Origin: Candidatus Omnitrophota bacterium
GTDB taxonomy: Bacteria > Omnitrophota > Gorgyraeia > 1-14-0-20-64-10
Direction: 5' to 3'
DNA length: 64,000 bases
Assembly: GCA_023248155.1 (NCBI GenBank)
Contig: JAHFFE010000008.1
Location: 6,515 to 70,514, forward strand
Shown piece after piece: positions 35,565-44,334 of this stretch. How positions within the stretch are numbered: the stretch's first letter is position 1; the number at the start of each line of letters is the position of its first letter. The translations under genes and the position numbers were made by a program. The notes beneath the pieces are model-generated. The model did no database searches and was not told the DNA's origin. It saw nothing but the letters and a program-made list of their open reading frames with translations.

Positions 35565-38500
35565 ATGACCTTAAACCGTTTTTTGCGGCAAACCGCCTTA
35601 TTATTACTGCTTTCATTTTTCGCGCAGTCTGGATTTCCTCAGCCGCTGCTTGAGCAGGCGTTACGCGTTCAAAATCCCGCACAGACGGATGTGGCTGCTC
35701 GCCTCAAGCAATCACTGGATGCCGGCGCCGAAGAAAAACCGGTAGATCCGGGGCAACCGGAGGCACCAAAAAGAATTGTTATTAACACTGGAAATCTTAA
35801 TATTCCCGTTTCACCCAATACCGAATTTGTCATTAATGCCGATAATGTAACTTTGGTTCCAGCAGGATCTTCTCAGCCGCCACAAGCTGCTCCACTACCG
35901 TCTGCGCTTCCCGTTGAACCGCCGCGCGCGCTTCCAGCCCCGGAGGCATCTTCCAGTTCAAAAACTGTCGAACCAAAAACTGTCATTCCCGATTCGATCG
36001 GGAATCCGGATCCTCGCTTGCGCGAGGATGACACGCCTCGAGAAACGGTTTCTCGGCCGTCCATTCCATCCGCGCGTTCGGCTCCAAGTTATTCTCCAAC
36101 GCGTCCGTTGAAACGACTCTTCTTAGTTGCGACCGGCAGTCTGTTGTTTATTACCGCACTGACGCTAGTCTTCTCAATCAATCAATCCGGCAAAAGCTGG
36201 AAGGAGTTTTTCTTTCCTTCGGTCACCCAGATTGTCCCAGAACAGATCGAATCGGATATCAACCCGCCGGAACAAATTGATTTCGTGCCGGCTGAATCGG
36301 CATCCGTTTTCCCGGACGAGGGAACATTTTCCGGTGATCGGAAAGTGATTCAGGCCACTTCCGAGCAGGCTGGGGGAGTCGCGCATAATCCGAACGAAAA
36401 ACTTTCGCCGACTGAATTTGAACAGCAGTTTTATGGACACCAGATCGCTCTTTTGCAGGGACTCGCCGACGCGCAAATTCCGCGCCAGCCGGATGTGCAG
36501 GGAATTTTTAGCCGGCTTCGGATCGCGTCGGTTCCCGGCGAAGATTCCGGACGCAACCGGATTAAAGCGGCGCTGGCCCGTGACCAGGCTGAGGTTGATC
36601 AGGCCGCCGCCGCAGTAATCAAAGTGTTGCAGCAGGAGCAGTTTACAAAAACGGCGTCCCGTTTTAACCGGGTTGAAATAACGCCGGCCACTTGGAAGCA
36701 ATACCAGCAAGCGCTCAACAGCTGGTTTGCCGCGCAGCAGCGTCAGCTCAAGCGACTGGTCGAGGTTCTTGCGGAATTTGTCGAGAAAGACAAGCAACTG
36801 CTTCCGGGAGATAATATCCTGCTGAGGGATTATTACCTTGATTTGACGGCGCACCGGCTGGCTGAAATCTCCGTTGAAGAGTTTCAGGAAAGCCGCCGCC
36901 TGCATGATCTAATGATCCGGCTGGGCGTCGAATTGCCGTTTTCAGCGCTGGAATTGCCGGAGGGACTCGGATATGGCCCCTCCATGGTGCCGGCCGGCCC
37001 GGTTCCACCCGATCAGCTTACCCCGGCCGTTGAACGGCCTGAGCTTCTGCAAAAAACATTGGGCTCCATGCATCTTTTGCTGGCGGCCCGCGTGAAGCGG
37101 ATTGAGGCCCGGCTCGCATTTCTTGACTGGGAGATCAAGGCATACCGTGAAATGATTGGCAAAGACCCCCAATCTAGAACCGCCGAATACGACCGTTGGA
37201 ACACGGAACTAAAAATCACATCCCGTCTTTCTTTAGTGGCTCAGCGCCGCCGGATTCTCGCCCAGCAAGATTACCTCGCTGTGACCGGATTCCTTTTACA
37301 AAACCAGGGGCAAACCCGGGTTGACTGGCAGGCCGCTCCGGCTGCCATAAAAAAATTCCGGGATCAATTGCGCAATGAAGGGAAACTTCCGGAGCAGGTT
37401 GCCTCTGTTTTTCAGGTTTTGTTTGAAAGGGCTCAGAGCCGTCTGCGTGATGCCGAAAAAATAGAATTCTACGAACGGGTTTTCTTTTATACCGGCGGCA
37501 CCCGGGATGCCGTTTGGCGTGACGCTTCCGGCAAGCGCGTTTTCGGTTCCTACGCGTTTACCGGCGGAATCGCATACCTCGATTGGAAAGTCCGACAAGA
37601 ACAGCGTAATCAGCAGCAGATTGAGCGTGATCAGGGTAAAGTCGCTGATCAATTTGAATTACGATTGGCCCTGCAGCGCCGGCAATTAGCCCAACTGGAG
37701 TATGAGCAGGCCGTTTCTGATTTTAGCATGGCCGGCCTGCGCCGTGTTTTGGGGATTCCGACCGGTGCTGGGTCGAGCGGATTAACCCGTGCCGCCCCAC
37801 TCGTGCGCGAGCCGGGCACCGTAGCTCTTTTTTCGGAGCTGGGTGATTTAGGTGAAGTTGCCGATGGGCTTGATTTGTCTGACCGGATGTTAACAGCCGC
37901 GGAACGGCAGACGCTGACCGTTTATGGACTGCCGCAAGATTTGCCTGAACCCGCCCGTAAAAAAGCGGCGGCAACGATGGTCGCGCAGTCGCAGAAAGCG
38001 GCGGCGATTGCCATTCGCGCGCTCTGGCAGCAGCGGATTTGGGCCGCGCAAGAGGCCGATATCGCCCGCCGGGTGGAACTGTCGGAGCTGGAAACTGCTT
38101 CTGATAAGTATCTGGACGCGGTCTATCAGGAAGAACTCAACAGCGTCCGCATATTTGAAATGCGCCGGCTGACTGCCGAGCTGTTGATGGAAGGGTCGTT
38201 AACGCTCAATCAACTGTTGGATTTGTTTAGAATACCGCTTGCCTATCGTCAGGACCCCGCTCATTCAAACCGGTGGTTTGTTTTTTCAAACGATGCTGAT
38301 CTTCTTGATTTCTTTGGTTTAAGCCGCTGGGATTTGAAAGCCAGGGTAGGCGCTTCTGATCCGGCAGAGTACCAGCGGTTGAGCCGGCTTCATGATGAGT
38401 CGGTTCAGCTGGCGATCGTGGCTGGCCGGTATACAAACGGCAATCGGATTGATGCCAAGGCGCATCAGACGGAAATTTTCGCGAAATATAAAGCAGGCAC

Positions 38501-39932
38501 CGGTTGGGATTGTGAAAAGAACAGCGCTGAGATTGCGGGACGGCAATGGATCGATGGTTCGATGACAGAACTGTTAAAGAATAACAACCTTCAGCTGGCA
38601 CAGGGGATGCCGTTGTTTCCGGCGAACCGGCCCGTTCCATCGGCGGTACCATCCGTGGAGGATCTGACCGGGCTGTCTTACCGGGGGATTCCGGAATCTC
38701 CGGGTTACGGCGGATCGGTTATTCTGGACGGCGCGAGCGTTTCGCTGACGGGCGGGACTTATCAACTGTCGATGGCCGGTATCGTTTCCGCCCTGCCTGT
38801 ACCGTTGCAGGATTATCAGGTTAAAGAACATCCGCTAGGTCAGCGGTGGGTTCCGCCGGAGCGGCTGCAGCGGGTTGTTGTCCATGACAGCAACAATCCT
38901 CTGGCCGCCGCGCCTTCGGAAACCGTTTTTGTGGTTCAGCAGGGGCCCGCCGGCAGTCCTTTCCTTGGCAACGGGAAGTACACCGTTGTCAGACCCGGTC
39001 TTTTACCGATCGATCCGCGCGTGGCCTCCGCGCCGGTTCCTGGCGTACGTGCTTCATGGGACCCTCAAGCGAAACAATGGATTCTGCCGGATCGGGTTGA
39101 AGATCGCCAGGTGATCTATTTTTATCCGGTACGCGAATTACAGGTCTTGTTTGAAAACGGCAAGTGGATTCCCCGAGTGAATTTAATAGGAATTATTCCA
39201 CAGATGGTTTCGTGGGAAGAGGCGGGCCGGTTGGCTCAAAACCCTGAGAGGGCTTTGGGGCCGAACCGGACCGTTTTGAAAGTGGGAGATTACGTAAGAG
39301 ATCCTCAAACCGGAAAACGATATGTTTCTTCGAATGGGCAGGGAGGTTTTTTCCAATATCAGTTGACGATTCACCGATATTTGAATTCGCAGGGAGCCGC
39401 CGAGCAGGAGATCGATTTTGTTTCTGAGGCTATTCGCGATACGGATCCTCCGATTGCTCTGAAGCCCGAGAGGTTATCTTCCGGTTCGGGACTGGAAGAA
39501 TTTTTAGGACGGCGGATTGCCGAAGCGCCCGGGTTTCAAGCGGTTGTGATTTCTGCCGAGACAGCGGCCGATTGCCCAGAGCTGGCCGGCGCTGAAGAGA
39601 ATACTTATCAATGGGGGAATCTGCAGCTGATAGTTTTGTCGGAGGAGCCTGCTCAATGGTCTTCCGTAATCACCGGATGGTTATCGCAGCCGAACCTAAA
39701 TTTGACGCTTTACGGTCGTGCCGGCGATCAGTCTCTCTCAGTACTTGGACAGATGCTGGCTGGTGCCGAAGAATCGATTGCGATCCAGGGACCGTACCCA
39801 CCGACGGGACAGAGCTTTTCAACCCTCTTTAAGATGATTCTGGCAAATTTGGCTGGCCTGGAAGAAGCAACTATTTCTGATGCTGATTTGAACCAGGCCG
39901 CAGAGCTGCTCGGATTAGGTAAATACGTATAA
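35565..39932 (+). CDS. GxEE-family protein (~1,455 aa) with TolC/HlyD-like helical region and shared beta-rich module; paralog of 40086 and 46417
   Basis: ATG at 35565 preferred over TTG at 35556; signal peptide, QALR leader, AGAEE 35721, second TM helix, W..Y..A...WF.AQ and LGVxLPF motifs shared with paralogs, SGLEE 39486 before the tail. Confidence 0.88.
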   Translation: MTLNRFLRQTALLLLLSFFAQSGFPQPLLEQALRVQNPAQTDVAARLKQSLDAGAEEKPVDPGQPEAPKRIVINTGNLNIPVSPNTEFVINADNVTLVPAGSSQPPQAAPLPSALPVEPPRALPAPEASSSSKTVEPKTVIPDSIGNPDPRLREDDTPRETVSRPSIPSARSAPSYSPTRPLKRLFLVATGSLLFITALTLVFSINQSGKSWKEFFFPSVTQIVPEQIESDINPPEQIDFVPAESASVFPDEGTFSGDRKVIQATSEQAGGVAHNPNEKLSPTEFEQQFYGHQIALLQGLADAQIPRQPDVQGIFSRLRIASVPGEDSGRNRIKAALARDQAEVDQAAAAVIKVLQQEQFTKTASRFNRVEITPATWKQYQQALNSWFAAQQRQLKRLVEVLAEFVEKDKQLLPGDNILLRDYYLDLTAHRLAEISVEEFQESRRLHDLMIRLGVELPFSALELPEGLGYGPSMVPAGPVPPDQLTPAVERPELLQKTLGSMHLLLAARVKRIEARLAFLDWEIKAYREMIGKDPQSRTAEYDRWNTELKITSRLSLVAQRRRILAQQDYLAVTGFLLQNQGQTRVDWQAAPAAIKKFRDQLRNEGKLPEQVASVFQVLFERAQSRLRDAEKIEFYERVFFYTGGTRDAVWRDASGKRVFGSYAFTGGIAYLDWKVRQEQRNQQQIERDQGKVADQFELRLALQRRQLAQLEYEQAVSDFSMAGLRRVLGIPTGAGSSGLTRAAPLVREPGTVALFSELGDLGEVADGLDLSDRMLTAAERQTLTVYGLPQDLPEPARKKAAATMVAQSQKAAAIAIRALWQQRIWAAQEADIARRVELSELETASDKYLDAVYQEELNSVRIFEMRRLTAELLMEGSLTLNQLLDLFRIPLAYRQDPAHSNRWFVFSNDADLLDFFGLSRWDLKARVGASDPAEYQRLSRLHDESVQLAIVAGRYTNGNRIDAKAHQTEIFAKYKAGTGWDCEKNSAEIAGRQWIDGSMTELLKNNNLQLAQGMPLFPANRPVPSAVPSVEDLTGLSYRGIPESPGYGGSVILDGASVSLTGGTYQLSMAGIVSALPVPLQDYQVKEHPLGQRWVPPERLQRVVVHDSNNPLAAAPSETVFVVQQGPAGSPFLGNGKYTVVRPGLLPIDPRVASAPVPGVRASWDPQAKQWILPDRVEDRQVIYFYPVRELQVLFENGKWIPRVNLIGIIPQMVSWEEAGRLAQNPERALGPNRTVLKVGDYVRDPQTGKRYVSSNGQGGFFQYQLTIHRYLNSQGAAEQEIDFVSEAIRDTDPPIALKPERLSSGSGLEEFLGRRIAEAPGFQAVVISAETAADCPELAGAEENTYQWGNLQLIVLSEEPAQWSSVITGWLSQPNLNLTLYGRAGDQSLSVLGQMLAGAEESIAIQGPYPPTGQSFSTLFKMILANLAGLEEATISDADLNQAAELLGLGKYV
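35981..36033. repeat. REP-like palindrome doublet inserted in frame in the CDS
   Basis: TGTCATTCCCGATTCGATCGGGAATCC followed by an inverted second unit GGATCCTCGCTTGCGCGAGGATGACA; related intergenic unit TGTCATCCCCGCGAAAGCGGGGATCT at 62555. Confidence 0.85.
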
Positions 39933-39980
39933 AGTCAGATAATTTTTTAATGATATTTTTGAGGCAAAAGCCATCGGTCT

Positions 39981-40057
39981 ATGGCATACTTACACTAGAG
40001 CGATTGAATAAAAAGTTTCGTGGCGGAAGAACGGGTTTCGCCGCGAGATTTTTATTT
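39981..40057 (+). promoter_or_regulatory. Conserved leader, copy 2: ATGGCATACTTA plus hairpin and U-tract
   Basis: Identical 12-mer at 39981-39992; stem TTTCGTGGCGGAA/TTTCGCCGCGAGA at 40016-40048, then TTTTTATTT. Confidence 0.6.
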
Positions 40058-40085
40058 AGCTCCCTTTTTTCAAAGATCAAAATAG

Positions 40086-43000
40086 ATGAAGAAAATCAGA
40101 TTTCGTCAAACCATCGCGATTGGGCTGCTGATGGCGTTCTCCGTTTCATCGGTGACGCCGGGAGGGGCGGCCGTATCCTCCAGCCGCGCCGACACGCTGC
40201 GCGCGCTGAATGTTTCCGAAGCGGATAACTCTGGTTTGGAAGAATCCCTTAAACGTCCTGATTTTTTGGCGTCGGCGGAGCCGTCCGTCCGTCCAGCCAG
40301 TCTGCCTGGTGCCCAGACAAATCCACCGCAGCGCCGCCGGTGGCCTTTAGTCGTAGCCAGCCTTTTGGCTGTTTCTTTCTTATTTCCCTCTCTGATCGGT
40401 CCTGAAAAGAAAGATCAAAATCCTAAAGTACAACCTCCACCTCCGATCACTCAGCGGGTTGCACGGAAACTCCGTGTGCCGCCGCCCATTCCCGATCGTC
40501 CATTGCCTCCCATCCCTGAGATTGATAAAGAAGATGCTCCTTTGCGTGATTTGCAGGCAGGAATTCTCGAGATTCTCGCCCGTTTCTCAGAACCGGGCGG
40601 AGTGCTTCGCCAGCAGGAAAGAGACCGGACCGAAAAACTATTCGATAAGGGCGCAGTCGGAAAAAACCAGGAACTATTCGCAAACTTCAATACGCTTCGT
40701 GATCGTGTTTTTGTCAGACAAGCCGCTGCCATCCGGATTCTGGAAGAATATATTACCGGTGATGAGAAAACACGGAACAATCTTTGGGACGATTATAAAG
40801 CGGCCATTGATGCCTGGTTTGACGCGCAGCAGGATGAACTCGAAGCGCGGGTTGATCTGACTTCCTATTTGCTTGACCAGGCGCGTAGTTTACATGCCAA
40901 GGGAGTAATTGGCGAACAAGACCTTATTAAAAAAGAAGTAGCTCACGACAGCGCCAGACTGATGGTGCGGGAGTTTTCACTTTACCGTCGATTTTTTGTG
41001 AATTTGAGAAAAATCGGGGTGGCATTGCCGTTTCCAAAAACCCAGCTGCCGGCGGCCGGCGGCAATTTCGTTCCTCAACTGGTTCCGCCAATCCCCAATG
41101 GCGAGCCGTCGCTTTCAGTGTTGGAAAAGCAGGAAATCCTTCTGGAATCGTACGATCTTATACAGGAACTTTTAACGCTCTACCAGGACCGTTTGCGACA
41201 GGGGCAGAAAATCAGGATCGATCATTTGCGCCGCATCGTCGCTCTGCGTGAAAAAAAAGTGGCCACTCAAATAGAGTTAGATCGCGCCCATTTCTTGAAT
41301 CAGCAGGCCGCATTAATGGAAATTCAGATCCGCCGTTTGGAAGACCAGAGGCAGTTTGTCGAGGCCTATAAAATTCTGGTGACGACCGAAGGCCTGGATC
41401 AGCTGCCGTTGAAATATCTGAATCATCCGCTGGTGCGCCGTGCTACCGGCGAAATTGCACTTGAATTGGGTTATGCCAAATCGGCTGGTGAGGCGCTGGA
41501 GTTTGATCCGTCCATAATTCTTTCTGTCATAGGGGACTTAAACCCAATTCGCACACTGATCTTTTTAAATGCGCAGCAAGATTTAACAACGGCCGTGTTG
41601 AAAGAAGCGGATGGTTTGGTTGAAACACTGCAGCTGCCTGAGGGCGCCGGGAGCAGGATGGGATTGGTTGCCTATACCGGAGCCGTGCTGCGGTCCTCAC
41701 TGGTTGCCAATCGCCGATTGCCAAATACCATTACAATACGGGAAATTCTAACTCAGCAGCATCAATACGATCAGGCGAAACTGCAACAGGAAGCCGGCCA
41801 ACTTGTCCGCCAGCAGATTTTACTCCGGATCAAACTGGGGCTTCCAGTCGGCGATGTCGAATCGACGCTTTCTCCGGAGGGCCGCCGTACGCTGGAGTTT
41901 TCTTCAAACGGTGTTCTACAGCCCGGATCTTTGAAAGATTTTGATGAAACGGATGATTTGACTCCCGAGATCGGGCAGGACAATCGCGCGCGCTTACTCG
42001 AGATCGGACAGCTTGTCAGAACGGCATTCGGCACAAGAGATCGGCTTACTCCGTTGCAGATCCGCCAATCGAGCGATGAACTACTGGATGCGGAACAGCG
42101 TCTTATGGCGGTGCGGATTCGCAGTCTTGCCCGGCAGAAAGAGTTAAATTCGGTGCTGACTGCCCAAGTCAGGGAAGGCGTGAAAACTGGCGCCCTCAAT
42201 AAAAGAGAATTGGCCGATGCCGAAGCATGGGAAGAACAGTCACGCGTGGGAGATGCTGAATCGGCCCGTTTGTTGGTTGATTTATTGAGCCGTAAACAGC
42301 TTTCTCGTGAGCAATTGGCGCAACTGCTGGATGTTGCTCCGTCAAAATTAGCCGGTCGTATTCCGGCCGGTGCCAAAGAAGTGATTGAGCGATTGAATGG
42401 CCCTGACTGGTTTGCTCCGGCCGCCGTGATTGGTCCGGAAAATCTCGACGAGTACCCGCTATGGAGAGCCGAGCATAACCGTCTGGTGAATGACGAACGG
42501 CAGATTTTACGGGATGCGCAAGCCAGCCGCACCACGGAGTTGAGTAAGCGTCTTGATCAAGAGAAGGCACTGGTTAAAACAAGGACTTCCACCCTGCAAT
42601 CTGAAGAAGCAGCCCAACATGATTTGACTCAGGGGGGAATGCAGCTGAATTTGCTCGGACGGTCTCGCGAGATGGATGAATGGCTTCGGGATCACGGGAT
42701 CGATCTTCCCAGTCCGATTGATCCGCGGCCTGCCGGATTACCGACGATAGATGATTTAAGAAATGGTTTACGCGGCCGCAACTTACCGCTTCAGCCGGAA
42801 GCTCCATTCTATGTTGCGATTCCCGGCCAGGCCGATAGTAAAGCGCTCAGTGCCGGATTTTATGCGCCCGATGCGGTTGTTTTTCTGTCCGGGCCTCCAA
42901 AAACCTCTCCCGATCATATTCGGGCGCCTGTTTTTGGCGTGGATGACTGGAATGTGCTGAAAGAATTTTTTACGGGTGCTTCAATCACCGATTCAAATGC

Positions 43001-44315
43001 CAACGGTGAGCCGCGGCTCCGGTTAGGCCGTGTTACGGTGAATCAGGTGAATCCCTCTACCGATTTTGATCGGGGCAACGGACGGGCTGTTATCCATCTG
43101 GATGGGTATGAGTTGGTGAGGCGTCCGGCGCAGTTTGCTCCGGGGTTGCTATCGAGTTTGGCGGAAGCGTGGAATCCCCAGCTGGTTCCGGAAGAAAAAG
43201 TAGAAGATCGAAAAATGGTGGTTGGTTATTATGTGCGGGTTGTCGAAATTGGTGATGACGGCGTCGAACGGAAAAGAGTGGTGGGGGTCCTTCCGGCGGA
43301 AATGTCATGGACTCAGGGGGGACGATTGTCTGAGAAAATGTCATTACCCAATCAAAATCCGAATTCATTCCCCAATTATCTTAAAGAAGTTGCTCCAAGG
43401 CACTACGGGTGGATTACGCCGATTGACAGCTTGTTGTCTGATCCGGCGACTGGCGAGCCGCTGGTTTTCAGAAAGGAAGGCAATGAGTTTGTCTATTTGA
43501 GAGTTCGTCTTTATCAGCGGGACCTGGCTGACGGCACCATTGAAGACGAGCTTGGTTTTGATGAAGAGCCGGTGGTTGTTCCGGAGGAGGAAGAAGAAAA
43601 TCTACAACTGCCGGTGCCGGTCGCGCCGCCGGTTAACCCGGCTCCTCAACAACCGAATGCTGCCGCGCCTGTTTTACCGCTGCCGGAGCCGGCTGTCCGC
43701 GAGGTGAAACTGCTTCTGACTCAGCTTCCGTCCGGCGATTTTGCCGTCCATACCTATGCAGGAACCTATCGGATGGATGGCTTATCCATCGGGCAGGCCC
43801 CTAGCAATGCTTTTGATGAATGGCTGGCAAACCACTCCTCTGACGGGGCTCTTCTTGCGAAAGAGCCGTTGAATTTGCTTCCGATCGAGCTGTCATCCAA
43901 CGAACAGATTTTTATTGAAAGCGGATTGATGGCGGAAGCAGACCGAGTTGCTTTGTCGCGGCAATTGGCGATGTCCGGCATCACCAATGTCAACATTCAT
44001 TGGGTCGGCAGCAACCAGGATGAGGTTAGCGCTGTCTCCGATACCGTTCTCGCGCTTCGCCAGACTGGAACGCCGGTTGTGATGATGGTCAGCCCGGCGT
44101 ACCAAGGTGCGCTCGAACGGATGTTTGGTATCGGGGGTATTCATAAAGAACTTCGGCCGACGATCGGTATTGTGAGCGGCCTTGCCAATACAAGGGTTGT
44201 TTTGATGGCGTTGTTGACCAATATGGCGTTTCTTTCCCGCTTAACGGTTTTTGACGGTGTTTCATCCGGTCTTGAAGAGAACGCCACGGCGTCTGTTTTC
44301 CAATTCATGGCGTAA
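40086..44315 (+). CDS. GxEE-family protein (1,409 aa) with TolC/HlyD-like helical repeats
   Basis: Signal peptide, DTLR...SGLEESL leader (40230), second signal-like segment QRRRWPLVVASLLAVSFLF, repeated helical-turn motifs (LFDKGAVG, LHAKGVIGEQDL, GVKTGALNKREL), SGLEE 44265. Confidence 0.9.
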   Translation: MKKIRFRQTIAIGLLMAFSVSSVTPGGAAVSSSRADTLRALNVSEADNSGLEESLKRPDFLASAEPSVRPASLPGAQTNPPQRRRWPLVVASLLAVSFLFPSLIGPEKKDQNPKVQPPPPITQRVARKLRVPPPIPDRPLPPIPEIDKEDAPLRDLQAGILEILARFSEPGGVLRQQERDRTEKLFDKGAVGKNQELFANFNTLRDRVFVRQAAAIRILEEYITGDEKTRNNLWDDYKAAIDAWFDAQQDELEARVDLTSYLLDQARSLHAKGVIGEQDLIKKEVAHDSARLMVREFSLYRRFFVNLRKIGVALPFPKTQLPAAGGNFVPQLVPPIPNGEPSLSVLEKQEILLESYDLIQELLTLYQDRLRQGQKIRIDHLRRIVALREKKVATQIELDRAHFLNQQAALMEIQIRRLEDQRQFVEAYKILVTTEGLDQLPLKYLNHPLVRRATGEIALELGYAKSAGEALEFDPSIILSVIGDLNPIRTLIFLNAQQDLTTAVLKEADGLVETLQLPEGAGSRMGLVAYTGAVLRSSLVANRRLPNTITIREILTQQHQYDQAKLQQEAGQLVRQQILLRIKLGLPVGDVESTLSPEGRRTLEFSSNGVLQPGSLKDFDETDDLTPEIGQDNRARLLEIGQLVRTAFGTRDRLTPLQIRQSSDELLDAEQRLMAVRIRSLARQKELNSVLTAQVREGVKTGALNKRELADAEAWEEQSRVGDAESARLLVDLLSRKQLSREQLAQLLDVAPSKLAGRIPAGAKEVIERLNGPDWFAPAAVIGPENLDEYPLWRAEHNRLVNDERQILRDAQASRTTELSKRLDQEKALVKTRTSTLQSEEAAQHDLTQGGMQLNLLGRSREMDEWLRDHGIDLPSPIDPRPAGLPTIDDLRNGLRGRNLPLQPEAPFYVAIPGQADSKALSAGFYAPDAVVFLSGPPKTSPDHIRAPVFGVDDWNVLKEFFTGASITDSNANGEPRLRLGRVTVNQVNPSTDFDRGNGRAVIHLDGYELVRRPAQFAPGLLSSLAEAWNPQLVPEEKVEDRKMVVGYYVRVVEIGDDGVERKRVVGVLPAEMSWTQGGRLSEKMSLPNQNPNSFPNYLKEVAPRHYGWITPIDSLLSDPATGEPLVFRKEGNEFVYLRVRLYQRDLADGTIEDELGFDEEPVVVPEEEEENLQLPVPVAPPVNPAPQQPNAAAPVLPLPEPAVREVKLLLTQLPSGDFAVHTYAGTYRMDGLSIGQAPSNAFDEWLANHSSDGALLAKEPLNLLPIELSSNEQIFIESGLMAEADRVALSRQLAMSGITNVNIHWVGSNQDEVSAVSDTVLALRQTGTPVVMMVSPAYQGALERMFGIGGIHKELRPTIGIVSGLANTRVVLMALLTNMAFLSRLTVFDGVSSGLEENATASVFQFMA

Positions 44316-44334
44316 ACGCGCTAAAATGGGCGAC

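Noticed and set aside
44251-44334. N-terminal extension of the 716-aa ORF
   Set aside because: It overlaps the upstream gene; the signal peptide begins at ATG 44326/44335.
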